DNA from: Anaerolineales bacterium
Lineage (GTDB): Bacteria > Chloroflexota > Anaerolineae > 4572-78 > NAK82
Assembly (NCBI GenBank): GCA_020343875.1
Contig: CP070811.1
Location: 4,176,018-4,240,017 of the forward strand
Reading direction: 5' to 3'
DNA length: 64,000 nt
Shown: positions 26,669-35,348 of the stretch, piece after piece
Layout of the letters: each line of letters opens with the position of its first letter
How positions within the stretch are numbered: the first letter of the stretch is position 1
Notes under the pieces: generated by a model
What the model saw: only the letters and a program-made list of their open reading frames with translations
The model's database searches: none
What the model was told of the DNA's origin: nothing
Program-made: the position numbers and the translations under genes

Positions 26669-27520
26669 ATGATTACTCTCACAGAATCGTTCAAGGTAAA
26701 AGACCTGAAGAGTGATGTGAAGCCCATCTGGTGCCCCGGCTGCGGAGACTTTGGGGTGCTCAACGCCTTTTTAAAAGCGTTGACTGATCTCAAGCTTGAC
26801 CCCGCTCATGTTGCCATTGCCTCGGGCATAGGCTGTTCTGGTCGTTTTCCGGCTTTTGTCAACGCTTATGGCTTCCATGGCGTCCATGGCCGGGTATTGC
26901 CCCTGGCCACTGGTATCAAACTGGCCAAACCCGAACTGACCGTTTTTGCAGTTGGCGGCGATGGCGATGCCTTCAGCATCGGGGCCGGGCACCTGCCCCA
27001 CGCAGCGCGTCGCAATGTGGACCTCACTTACATCGTCATGGACAACGAAATCTACGGCTTGACTAAGGGCCAGCCATCCCCAACCAGTCCATTTGGAATG
27101 GAGAGGAAGGCCTCCCCGTATGGCACCTACGATGCGCCACTCAACCCTGTTGCCATGGTGCTGTCTTACGGTGCGACCTTTGTGGCGCGCGGCTTCTCGT
27201 CACAGCCGCGTGAGTTGACGGAGCTCATCAAGCGTGGGGTTGAGCATCCCGGCTTTGCCTTCATTCAGGTGATCAGCCCTTGCGTCACGTTTTATGACAC
27301 GTATGCTCGTTTCAAAGAATCTACTACCCCGATCCCTGATGATCACGATCCTTCGGATCGGGCGGCTGCCATGGGGCTGGCCGCGGAGACCAACGTCCAG
27401 TATTTGGGTGTTTTCTACGAAGAAGATCGAAGGGCTCATCACGCCGGCGTGACCTTGGTTCAGGAGAAAGCAGGCAGCGACTTTTCACTTGGGGACCTGC
27501 TGGAACGCTTCGAGCGCTAG
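26669..27520 (+). CDS. korB: 2-oxoacid:ferredoxin oxidoreductase, beta (TPP-binding) subunit
   Basis: WCPGCGDFGVLNA, GIGCSGR, GGDGDAFSIGAGHLPH, YIVMDNEIYGLTKGQ. Confidence 0.95.
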   Translation: MITLTESFKVKDLKSDVKPIWCPGCGDFGVLNAFLKALTDLKLDPAHVAIASGIGCSGRFPAFVNAYGFHGVHGRVLPLATGIKLAKPELTVFAVGGDGDAFSIGAGHLPHAARRNVDLTYIVMDNEIYGLTKGQPSPTSPFGMERKASPYGTYDAPLNPVAMVLSYGATFVARGFSSQPRELTELIKRGVEHPGFAFIQVISPCVTFYDTYARFKESTTPIPDDHDPSDRAAAMGLAAETNVQYLGVFYEEDRRAHHAGVTLVQEKAGSDFSLGDLLERFER

Positions 27521-27596
27521 CCAAAGAGCAGATGGGTAGAAGAGGGTAGACGGCAGATATTGTTTCCTGGTCACGCCGGTCCCATCGCCCGGACTG

Positions 27597-28754
27597 TTGG
27601 CGGGCGATGGGTGTCGGCTATCGAAAACTAGAGTGTCCCTAACAAAGGGTATCAAAGAAAAGGCATACCAACTGGGCTTTGACCTCATCGGCGTTGCGCC
27701 CGCTTCCCGAGCGCCTCACGCCGGTGCTTATGCCTCGTGGGTGGACGCCGGCTACGCGGCTACAATGGGGTACATGGCTCACAATGTGACTCGCCGGCAA
27801 GACCCGCGTCACGTATTGCCAGGCGCACGCTCGGTGGTTGTGGTCGGGTTGTCGTATTTCGTCACCAATCCGCCGCTTGAGCTGTGGAACGATCCATCTC
27901 GAGGGCGGATTGCTCGTTATGCCTGGGGTTGGGACTACCACGAAGTGATGACGCCCCGGCTCCGCCAATTGGCGGAGTTCATCGTCCGCCAGGCCAGGCG
28001 TGATGTGCAGCAGCGAACCTATGTGGATACTGGCCCTGTGCTGGAACGGGATTTCGCCACCCAGGCAGGACTGGGGTTCATCGGAAAAAACACCTGTCTC
28101 ATCAGCCCGACCAGGGGCTCCTACCTCTTCCTGGGCGAGATATTGGTAGATTTGGAACTGGACTTCGACCAACCGGCAGCCGACTCCGGGGCGAGCATTG
28201 CGATCCCATCCAGGCAGAGACCCAGGATCAGTGCAGATGAGAAGGGGTTGATGGGGCCCAAGCGGGTCGGCTCCTGTGGAGCCTGCATCCGATGCCTGGA
28301 GGCATGCCCCACCTGCGCTTTCCCTGAACCCTACGTTCTTGACAGCAACCGTTGCATCTCTTACCTGACCATTGAGCTAAGAGATTCCATTCCTGCAGAG
28401 TTACGTCAGCAGATGGGCAACTGGATCTTTGGCTGCGACGAGTGCCAATCGGTCTGCCCCTGGCCGCGCCGATTTGCCCAACCCGCCCCCCACGATTTCC
28501 TGCGCTTCGACTCGGACCAGGTTGCCCCCAAGTTGCTGGATCTGATTGGCTTGAGCGAGGATGAGTTTCGGGCACGTTTCAGGCGAACGCCTCTCTGGCG
28601 CGCCAAGCGGCGCGGTCTGCTGCGAAACGTAGCCGTGGCGCTGGGCAATTGGGGGGATCCCCAGGCCATACCTGCCCTCCGTCGGGCGCTCGACGACCCT
28701 GAGCCGCTGGTCCGTGAGCATGCCGCCTGGGCGTTGGCGCGAATTAGAGCTTGA
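27597..28754 (+). CDS. queG: tRNA epoxyqueuosine(34) reductase
   Basis: N-terminus IKEKAYQLGFDLIGVAPA. Fe-S motifs CGACIRCLEACPTCAF and CDECQSVCPW. C-terminal HEAT-like repeat ALRRALDDPEPLVREHAAWAL. The start is ambiguous (TTG 27597 or GTG 27633). Confidence 0.9.
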   Translation: MAGDGCRLSKTRVSLTKGIKEKAYQLGFDLIGVAPASRAPHAGAYASWVDAGYAATMGYMAHNVTRRQDPRHVLPGARSVVVVGLSYFVTNPPLELWNDPSRGRIARYAWGWDYHEVMTPRLRQLAEFIVRQARRDVQQRTYVDTGPVLERDFATQAGLGFIGKNTCLISPTRGSYLFLGEILVDLELDFDQPAADSGASIAIPSRQRPRISADEKGLMGPKRVGSCGACIRCLEACPTCAFPEPYVLDSNRCISYLTIELRDSIPAELRQQMGNWIFGCDECQSVCPWPRRFAQPAPHDFLRFDSDQVAPKLLDLIGLSEDEFRARFRRTPLWRAKRRGLLRNVAVALGNWGDPQAIPALRRALDDPEPLVREHAAWALARIRA

Positions 28755-28774
28755 CATATAGGACCATCGGGCTG

Positions 28775-28803
28775 CTGACAAGTTGCCCAAAAGGGAGTAT
28801 AAT
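28775..28803 (+). promoter_or_regulatory. Sigma70-like promoter upstream of the cNMP-patatin gene
   Basis: CTGACA (28775-28780), 17-nt spacer, TATAAT (28798-28803). Confidence 0.5.
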
Positions 28804-28891
28804 GGGGTCGATTATGGCGCTGTACCATAGGCGTATTGCACCTTCCCATGTGCAGTATTGACACAGTTGTTTCTAGTCAGGGGCTGCTATC

Positions 28892-30562
28892 ATGCTGGAA
28901 AACAGACTACGTGTCGTTCCCCTCTTTCGTGATTTGCCAGATGAAGGCCTGAAGTCCATCGCGGCTCGCCTGAAATGGGAGCGTTACCCCCAGGGTGCTG
29001 TTATCTTCCGACAGGGCGACGTTGGTGACGCGATGTACGTGGTGGAGTCTGGCCAGCTTCAAGTTCTTGCCGAGGACACGAACCAGGCCCTGGCCTATTT
29101 GGGGCCGGGCAGTTTTGTGGGCGAGATTGCCCTGTTGCTTGGCCAGCCTCGCTCAGCTACCCTCAAGGTAGTCATTGATGCCGATTTGTGGGTACTCCAT
29201 AAGCAGGACTTGGAAGAATTGCTGGCTGAACACCCCTCGGTTGCCTTGCACTTCACGCGCGAATTAGGACAGCGGCTGGTAACTACCAGTCATCAAGAAG
29301 CGCCTCCCAAGAAAACACCTCTTGTCACCGTCAAGGGAGATCAATGGCATGAGCTGGTCATAGCTTTGACCAATCATACACAGGGCTCTATCGGCCTCCT
29401 GCCTTTGCCTGGATCTCTACCGCTTATGGGGGGCTCTTCCTCTTTGGGGGTGATAACTTCTAAGGCTGGTATCGAGCTTTTGGAAGCCGGGCTGACCGAG
29501 CAGTCGCTGACCGAAGACCTGAGTCGGCAGATCGAAGCAGTCGACCACGTGATATTGATCCTGCCTGAGAACCCCTCTGCTATGGGGCGAAAAGCGCTCG
29601 ATCTGTCAGACTATACGGTTCACTTTGGCCCCGCCCCCGACTGGATACAAGAGGCCAGCCCTGCCGATGGTCTGCTTATTAGTGATGGCTCCCCCGAATC
29701 GATCCAGCGTATTGCCCGCCGGCTGACGGATCGTACGGTAGGGGTTGCACTGTCAAGTGGGGGTAGCCGGACTGTTGCCCACATCGGTGTGGTGCGGGTG
29801 TTGCGTGAGGGTGGCATTCCCATCGATATGATCGGTGGCTCCAGCGGCGGCGCCCTATTTGGGGCTCTGATCGCCGCTGGCTGGTCGGATCAAAAGCTGG
29901 TTGAGTTTGCCCGCAACTTGGGTGACTTCAATTCGTTCCGCAATTGGGACATCAATCTTCCCCCCAAGGCTGGTCTGATCAAGGGCCGCCGCGCCCGGGA
30001 TTTGATCGAAGGCTGGCTGGAAGGGCGTCATTTCTCCGACCTGGAGATTCCGCTCTACGTGGTGGCCACAGACTTGGCGACTGGTCAGGAAGTCGTCTTC
30101 GACAGCGGGCCGGTTTCCGACGCCGTGCGTGCCAGTATCAGCATTCCTGGCGTGACGGACCCCTGGCATTACCGCGACCGCTATCTGGTAGATGGGGCGT
30201 TTGTCAACCCTATGCCTGCCAGCGTGCTGCACAACCGTGGCGCCAAGATCATTATTGGCTCCAGCGTGGTGCTCACTGCCGACGATCCCACCCAGCCTAC
30301 CTTCGAGAAGATGCCCAACTTCCTGCAGATCATCTCTCGCATTAGTAGCGCAATGGAAACAGAGCAGATCAAGGCTGAATTTCCTCTGGTCGACGTGCTG
30401 ATCCACCCTTCGGTCCACGCGGACCACGCCCTGGACTTCAGTCAGGCTGATGCCCTCGTTGCTTTGGGTGAAGAAGCCGCCCGCCAGCACTTGGCCGAGT
30501 GCCAGAGTCTATTGGCGGCGGCTCGAGTCCTACCCCGGCGTGCGGAACGCCCGATCCAGTAG
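28892..30562 (+). CDS. Cyclic-nucleotide-binding domain / patatin-like phospholipase fusion
   Basis: N-terminal CAP_ED-type domain (FRQGDVGDAMYVVESGQL...GEIALLLGQPRSATL). C-terminal patatin domain with the oxyanion motif ALSSGGSRTVAH, nucleophile motif GGSSGG (GxSxG) and catalytic DGAF. Confidence 0.9.
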   Translation: MLENRLRVVPLFRDLPDEGLKSIAARLKWERYPQGAVIFRQGDVGDAMYVVESGQLQVLAEDTNQALAYLGPGSFVGEIALLLGQPRSATLKVVIDADLWVLHKQDLEELLAEHPSVALHFTRELGQRLVTTSHQEAPPKKTPLVTVKGDQWHELVIALTNHTQGSIGLLPLPGSLPLMGGSSSLGVITSKAGIELLEAGLTEQSLTEDLSRQIEAVDHVILILPENPSAMGRKALDLSDYTVHFGPAPDWIQEASPADGLLISDGSPESIQRIARRLTDRTVGVALSSGGSRTVAHIGVVRVLREGGIPIDMIGGSSGGALFGALIAAGWSDQKLVEFARNLGDFNSFRNWDINLPPKAGLIKGRRARDLIEGWLEGRHFSDLEIPLYVVATDLATGQEVVFDSGPVSDAVRASISIPGVTDPWHYRDRYLVDGAFVNPMPASVLHNRGAKIIIGSSVVLTADDPTQPTFEKMPNFLQIISRISSAMETEQIKAEFPLVDVLIHPSVHADHALDFSQADALVALGEEAARQHLAECQSLLAAARVLPRRAERPIQ

Positions 30563-30917
30563 AACTGAGCCGCAAAACGACCCTTCGCGATTGGCACGAC
30601 GATTCTTTCGTTGCGCCAACTATCTGCGTGCAATCGTTGATTCCGTAGCTCTGTCCGGTTTGACCAATCCGGATGGAGCGGCTCAGGATTGGCCAGTCCT
30701 ACGGGCGCGCTGCATCTGCCTCGCCCCAAACCCCGACCTTGCTCGGACAGAGGGCAAGGCCCGCGCGAAGTCGCTTAACAAAATGTAGGTCGGGTTAGTC
30801 ACGCTATCAAACCGCGTAGCTGGCCAGGTGTTTGCCGCAAATCCGGTGCTTTCCTTGCCCAAACCAACCCAACCTACGACTGCCAAGAAGCCAATGTCAT
30901 CGCCGAATTTGCCTAGA

Positions 30918-32303
30918 TTAGAGAGGGCTGGTCGCCTGTCGCCACAGGATTTCGCCACTGCCCGGCCGGCCGACCACCTGCCCATCGCGAAAGACGATTT
31001 GACCACGGCGCAATGTGAATATTGGCCAGCCAGTCACCTGCCACCCCTCATATACAGAGTAGTCCGCCTTGGATTTGAGCGTAGAGCCCTCGACTGTGCG
31101 CGTCAGGTCCGGATCAAAGATCACCAAGTCCGCGTCGCTGCCAACGGCAAGCGTGCCTTTGCGTGGGTAGAGACCAAACAGTTTTGCGGCGTTGGTCGAG
31201 GTCACTTCCACAAATCGACCCAACGTGATGCGGCCGGTGCGTACCCCTTCGGAGTAGAGCATAGGCAATATAGTTTGCAGGTTCTCGACGCCCGGCCGCA
31301 GGTTGGTAAGGGAATGAGCCGGGTCAAGCTTGGCCGCCAGCGACCAGGGAGCGTGATCGGTGCACACGGTATGTACGATCCCTTGCTGGATGCCGGCCCA
31401 TAGGGCGTCCACATCCTCCTGCTCACGTAGGGGGGGCTGGCCAACATACTTCGGTCCATCTGGGTCCTGAAAACGCTCACATGTGAGATGAAGGTAGAGC
31501 GGTCGCGTTTCGACATAGACCGGGAGGCCGCGATCCTGGGCCTGGGCGCAAACCTCCAAGGCGCGCTCTGAAGACAGGTGGACGATGTAAACCGGCGCAC
31601 CTGTCGCTTCTGCGAAAGCTACTGCCCGTTGCGTCGCAACCACCTCCGATATCACTGGGCGGCTTGCCGCATAGTAACGGAGTGAGGAATTACCCGCTGC
31701 CAATAGTCTCGCCGTTGCGTCTTCAATGAGTGCAAAGTCCTCGCAGTGGATCACGGTTATCAGCCCGCTCTCCCCTGCCCGGCGTATCGCCTCCACATAG
31801 TCGCGCACCTGAGTGTCAAACTCAGGGGACACCATGAAAAGCTTGATGCTGTTGCAACCCGAGTCGAGCAACCTGGGAATCTCATCCAATACCTGCGGGG
31901 TTGCTTCGGCAAGTACGGGGTGTAGGAAAAGATCCACGATGGTTTGATCACGGGCCACGGCCGCCTCGCGTTCCAGACCGCCCAGTGGCGTTTCACCCGG
32001 CAGTGGAAAGGTTATATTGCCGAGCGTCGTGATGCCACCGGCAAGCGCTGCAGCGGACCCGCTGGTGAAGTCATCCACCCAGCCGACTTGTGCATCCCCT
32101 ACTCTGGGAAAGGACACATGCACGTGGGCATCCAGACCGCCGGGGAAGATAAGTTTGCCCGCTGCATCAAGCTCCTGCCCGCCTTCGAGGATGCCTCCAA
32201 TCTGCTTGATGACACCGCCGGAAATCCCAATATCGGCCCGACCCATCGAGCCAGCCTCGGTTACAATCTCACCATTTCGAATGACCATTTCCAGGTCCGC
32301 CAC
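30918..32303 (-). CDS. Dihydropyrimidinase / D-hydantoinase-type cyclic amidohydrolase
   Basis: IRNGEIV...ADIGISGGVIKQIG...DAAGKLIFPGGLDAHVHV metal-binding motif, with later TDHAPW. GGAGG lies 5 nt before GTG 32303. Confidence 0.9.
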   Translation of the reverse strand: MADLEMVIRNGEIVTEAGSMGRADIGISGGVIKQIGGILEGGQELDAAGKLIFPGGLDAHVHVSFPRVGDAQVGWVDDFTSGSAAALAGGITTLGNITFPLPGETPLGGLEREAAVARDQTIVDLFLHPVLAEATPQVLDEIPRLLDSGCNSIKLFMVSPEFDTQVRDYVEAIRRAGESGLITVIHCEDFALIEDATARLLAAGNSSLRYYAASRPVISEVVATQRAVAFAEATGAPVYIVHLSSERALEVCAQAQDRGLPVYVETRPLYLHLTCERFQDPDGPKYVGQPPLREQEDVDALWAGIQQGIVHTVCTDHAPWSLAAKLDPAHSLTNLRPGVENLQTILPMLYSEGVRTGRITLGRFVEVTSTNAAKLFGLYPRKGTLAVGSDADLVIFDPDLTRTVEGSTLKSKADYSVYEGWQVTGWPIFTLRRGQIVFRDGQVVGRPGSGEILWRQATSPL

Positions 32304-32451
32304 GCGAGCCTCCTATCAGTCGAGCCTCTTCCGAGTCCTCATTTCTCTGCGCAAGACAAGACCCATCCCAGAATCGATTGGAATTGCACGGGACTTGACG
32401 GTGGGTCTGACCAGCGTGTCCAGAAGTCCGGTTGTTTCTTCCATTATGCAT

Positions 32452-32486
32452 CCCTCTCTTGCCTGAGACAAGTTTGTGGGTAAAAT
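32452..32486 (+). promoter_or_regulatory. Conserved 35-nt promoter-like motif, copy A (upstream of msrA)
   Basis: CCCTCTCTTGCCTGAGACAAGTTTGTGGGTAAAAT. TTGCCT at 32459-32464, 16-nt spacer, TAAAAT at 32481-32486. msrA ATG is 37 nt downstream. Confidence 0.5.
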
Positions 32487-32522
32487 GAGGGGTGGTGAGA
32501 TCTCTAGAAAAAGGAGCGTGTG

Positions 32523-33068
32523 ATGTCTGATAACCTAAAGAAGGCGACGTTGGGTGGTGGCTGTTTTTGGTGTGTAGAAGCTATTTATCAGGACTTACAG
32601 GGGGTGAAGCAGGTTATCTCCGGCTATGCGGGGGGCAGGGTCGAAAATCCCACTTACCAGCAGGTGTGCACGGGCACCACCGGCCACGCCGAGGTGACGC
32701 AAATCACCTTTGACCCCCAGGTCATTTCCTACTCAGATTTGCTGTATGTCTTCTGGCGCACCCACGACCCGACCACCCTCAATCGCCAGGGGGCCGACGT
32801 GGGACCCCAATATCGCTCGATTATCCTGTATCACGACGAGGAGCAAAAAGCTATCGCCGAGCAAGCCAAGCATGATACGGAGGCTTCGGGGTTGTGGCCC
32901 AATCCCATCGTCACCGAGATCGTCCCCTTGGATGTTTTTTACCCGGCCGAGGCATATCACCAGGAATACTACCGCAACAACCCCAATCAGCCCTATTGCC
33001 GGGTTGTGATTGATCCCAAAGTGAGCAAGTTCCGCAAGGAATTCAAGGATCGGCTGAAGGAGCTCTGA
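32523..33068 (+). CDS. msrA: Peptide-methionine (S)-S-oxide reductase
   Basis: ATLGGGCFWCVEA active-site motif, GHAEVTQITFDP, and the YHQEYY motif. AAGGAG lies upstream. Confidence 0.95.
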   Translation: MSDNLKKATLGGGCFWCVEAIYQDLQGVKQVISGYAGGRVENPTYQQVCTGTTGHAEVTQITFDPQVISYSDLLYVFWRTHDPTTLNRQGADVGPQYRSIILYHDEEQKAIAEQAKHDTEASGLWPNPIVTEIVPLDVFYPAEAYHQEYYRNNPNQPYCRVVIDPKVSKFRKEFKDRLKEL

Positions 33069-34597
33069 TGCCCTCAAAATCGATCATCATCGTCGGAGGT
33101 GGTATTGCCGGACTGGCCGCTGGCTGCTACGGCCAGATGAATGGCTACCGCACCCAGATCTTTGAGATGCATTATCTGCCGGGTGGCCTGTGCACCGCCT
33201 GGGAACGCGGGCCGTATGTCTTCGATGGCTGCATCCACTATCTATTCGGCACAGGGCCGGGCCAGCCGTTCCATCAGGTCTGGGCGGAGTTGGGCGCCGT
33301 TCAGGGGCGGCGCTTCATCCAACACGATGAACTGATGCGCGTCGTCGACCCCGACGGGCGTACCTTGATCGCCTATTGCGACCCCGACCGGCTGGAATCG
33401 CATATGAAGCAACTATCCCCGGCTGATGGAAAGCTGATCGAGGCTATGTGCCAGGGCATCCGTCAGCTGCGGCGTTTCGATATGACGCTGACGCAGCAGA
33501 AGCCGAAGCCACTGATGACAGCCCAGGATTGGGGTGCTATGGGTCGCCAGGTGTTGCCCTTTATAGCCCCTATGGCCAGGTGGGCCAGGATATCGGCCCG
33601 AGACTTTGCGGCCCGTTTCAAGGACCCCTTCCTGCGCCGCGCCGTCGCCTATATGTTCAGCTGGCCCGATATCCCCATGATGGTTGGCCTTTCGCTGTTG
33701 GCCTATATGCAGAATGGCAACGCCGGTGTACCGGTCGGAGCATCCCTTGAATTCGCGCGGGCCATTGAACGCCGCTACCTGGAATTAGGCGGACAGATCC
33801 ACTACCGTTCTCAGGTGGAGAAGATTTTGGTCGAGGATGATCCAAGTGGGCGGGGCAAGCGGGCAGTGGGCGTCCGCCTGTATGACGACTCGATCCATCG
33901 GGCCGACTACGTCATCTCCGCGGCCGATGGGCGCGGCACCATCTTCGACATGTTGGGCGGCGAGTTCGTAGACCGCTACCTAAAGCGGACCTACGACGGC
34001 CACATGCCCCTCCACTCCCAGGTGCAGATCTCGCTGGGGGTCAATCGCGACCTCACCGGAGAGCCACACTGGGTCACCTACCTGTTGAACGAGCCAATCA
34101 CCATCGCCGGCGAGGACCGCTATGACATCGGTGTCAAGAACTACTGCTTCGATCCCAGCCTGGCCCCGCCTGGAAAATCGGCCGTCATCGCTATGATGAC
34201 CACCCATTATGGCTACTGGCAGCGTATCTATGGGCGCAAGCTGTATGACACCGAGCAGACCCAGGTATCAGATATTATCCAAGACTTCCTGGATAAGAAC
34301 ATTTACCCTGGCATTAGTGCCGACACCGAGGTCGTAGACGAGGCTACCCCGCTCAGCTATGAGCGTTACACCGGTAACTGGCAAGGCTCAAGCTGTGGCT
34401 GGCTGCTCACCAAGCAGACTATGCCTACTATGATTCAGGGCATGCGCAAAACCTTACCTGGGCTACGCAATTTGTACTTGGCCGGTCAGTGGGTTGAGCC
34501 AGGTGGCAGCGTGCCGGTGGTGGCTATGTCGGGCCGCAATGCCATCCATGTGATCTGCCACCAGGACGGGCTCCCCTTTGTGACCACCACTCCCTGA
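33068..34597 (+). CDS. NAD(P)/FAD-dependent oxidoreductase of the phytoene-desaturase (CrtI-like) family
   Basis: Dinucleotide fold IIIVGGGIAGLAAGCY...IFEMHYLPGG. C-terminal FAD motif LYLAGQWVEPGGSVP. The start overlaps the msrA stop (TGATG). Confidence 0.85.
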   Translation: MPSKSIIIVGGGIAGLAAGCYGQMNGYRTQIFEMHYLPGGLCTAWERGPYVFDGCIHYLFGTGPGQPFHQVWAELGAVQGRRFIQHDELMRVVDPDGRTLIAYCDPDRLESHMKQLSPADGKLIEAMCQGIRQLRRFDMTLTQQKPKPLMTAQDWGAMGRQVLPFIAPMARWARISARDFAARFKDPFLRRAVAYMFSWPDIPMMVGLSLLAYMQNGNAGVPVGASLEFARAIERRYLELGGQIHYRSQVEKILVEDDPSGRGKRAVGVRLYDDSIHRADYVISAADGRGTIFDMLGGEFVDRYLKRTYDGHMPLHSQVQISLGVNRDLTGEPHWVTYLLNEPITIAGEDRYDIGVKNYCFDPSLAPPGKSAVIAMMTTHYGYWQRIYGRKLYDTEQTQVSDIIQDFLDKNIYPGISADTEVVDEATPLSYERYTGNWQGSSCGWLLTKQTMPTMIQGMRKTLPGLRNLYLAGQWVEPGGSVPVVAMSGRNAIHVICHQDGLPFVTTTP

Positions 34598-34686
34598 GAC
34601 GTGTAGATGCGTGGGAGGTCACGCTTGCAGCGTGATTTCTCTGCTACAAGCCCTCTCTGCTGGGCGTCATAACACAGGAGAGGAAC

Positions 34687-35325
34687 ATGGTCCAGAAAAT
34701 CGATCTTAAGAAACGTTTCAAACATCTATATGCCCCATCTGCCAAGCAGGTAGAGTTAGTCGACGTCCCTCGCCTCGATTTTGTCATGATTGACGGCAGG
34801 TTGGAGGCAGGTGCAACTCCCGAGACGTCCCAGACGTTTCAGGATGCGGTAGCGGCCTTGTATGGCGCTGCCTACACCTTGAAGTTCATGTCCAAATTGC
34901 GAAAGCAAGACCCGATTGACTATACCGTTATGGCTTTGGAGGGGCTGTGGTGGACGGAGGAGGGTGAGTTCGATTTTAACAAGCCCGAAGACTGGTGCTG
35001 GACCTTGATGATTATGCAACCCGAGCACATCACCCAGGCGATGTACCAGGCGGCCTTGGAACAGCTCAAAGAGAAACGGGACAGCCCGGCCCTGCCCAGG
35101 CTCCGCTTCGAGAGTTTCCACGAGGGGCCTTGCTTGCAGATCATGCACGTTGGGCCGTACGCTGAAGAGCCGAGGACCATCGCCAAAATGCAGGCCTTTG
35201 CCGCCGAGCATGGCTATACGCTGCGGGGCAAGCATCACGAGATCTACCTGGGCGATCCGCGCCGGGCCAAACCAGAGCGGCTCAAGACCATTCTGAGACA
35301 TCCGATAGGGATGGGGGATAGATAG
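34687..35325 (+). CDS. GyrI-like small-molecule-binding domain protein
   Basis: KHLYAPSAKQVELVDVPRLDFVMIDG...ALYGAAYTLKFM...EGLWW...QIMHVGPYAEEP fits the pattern I recall for the GyrI-like family. Confidence 0.8.
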   Translation: MVQKIDLKKRFKHLYAPSAKQVELVDVPRLDFVMIDGRLEAGATPETSQTFQDAVAALYGAAYTLKFMSKLRKQDPIDYTVMALEGLWWTEEGEFDFNKPEDWCWTLMIMQPEHITQAMYQAALEQLKEKRDSPALPRLRFESFHEGPCLQIMHVGPYAEEPRTIAKMQAFAAEHGYTLRGKHHEIYLGDPRRAKPERLKTILRHPIGMGDR

Positions 35326-35348
35326 GGCCTTCCCGCTCAAAGCCTGAC

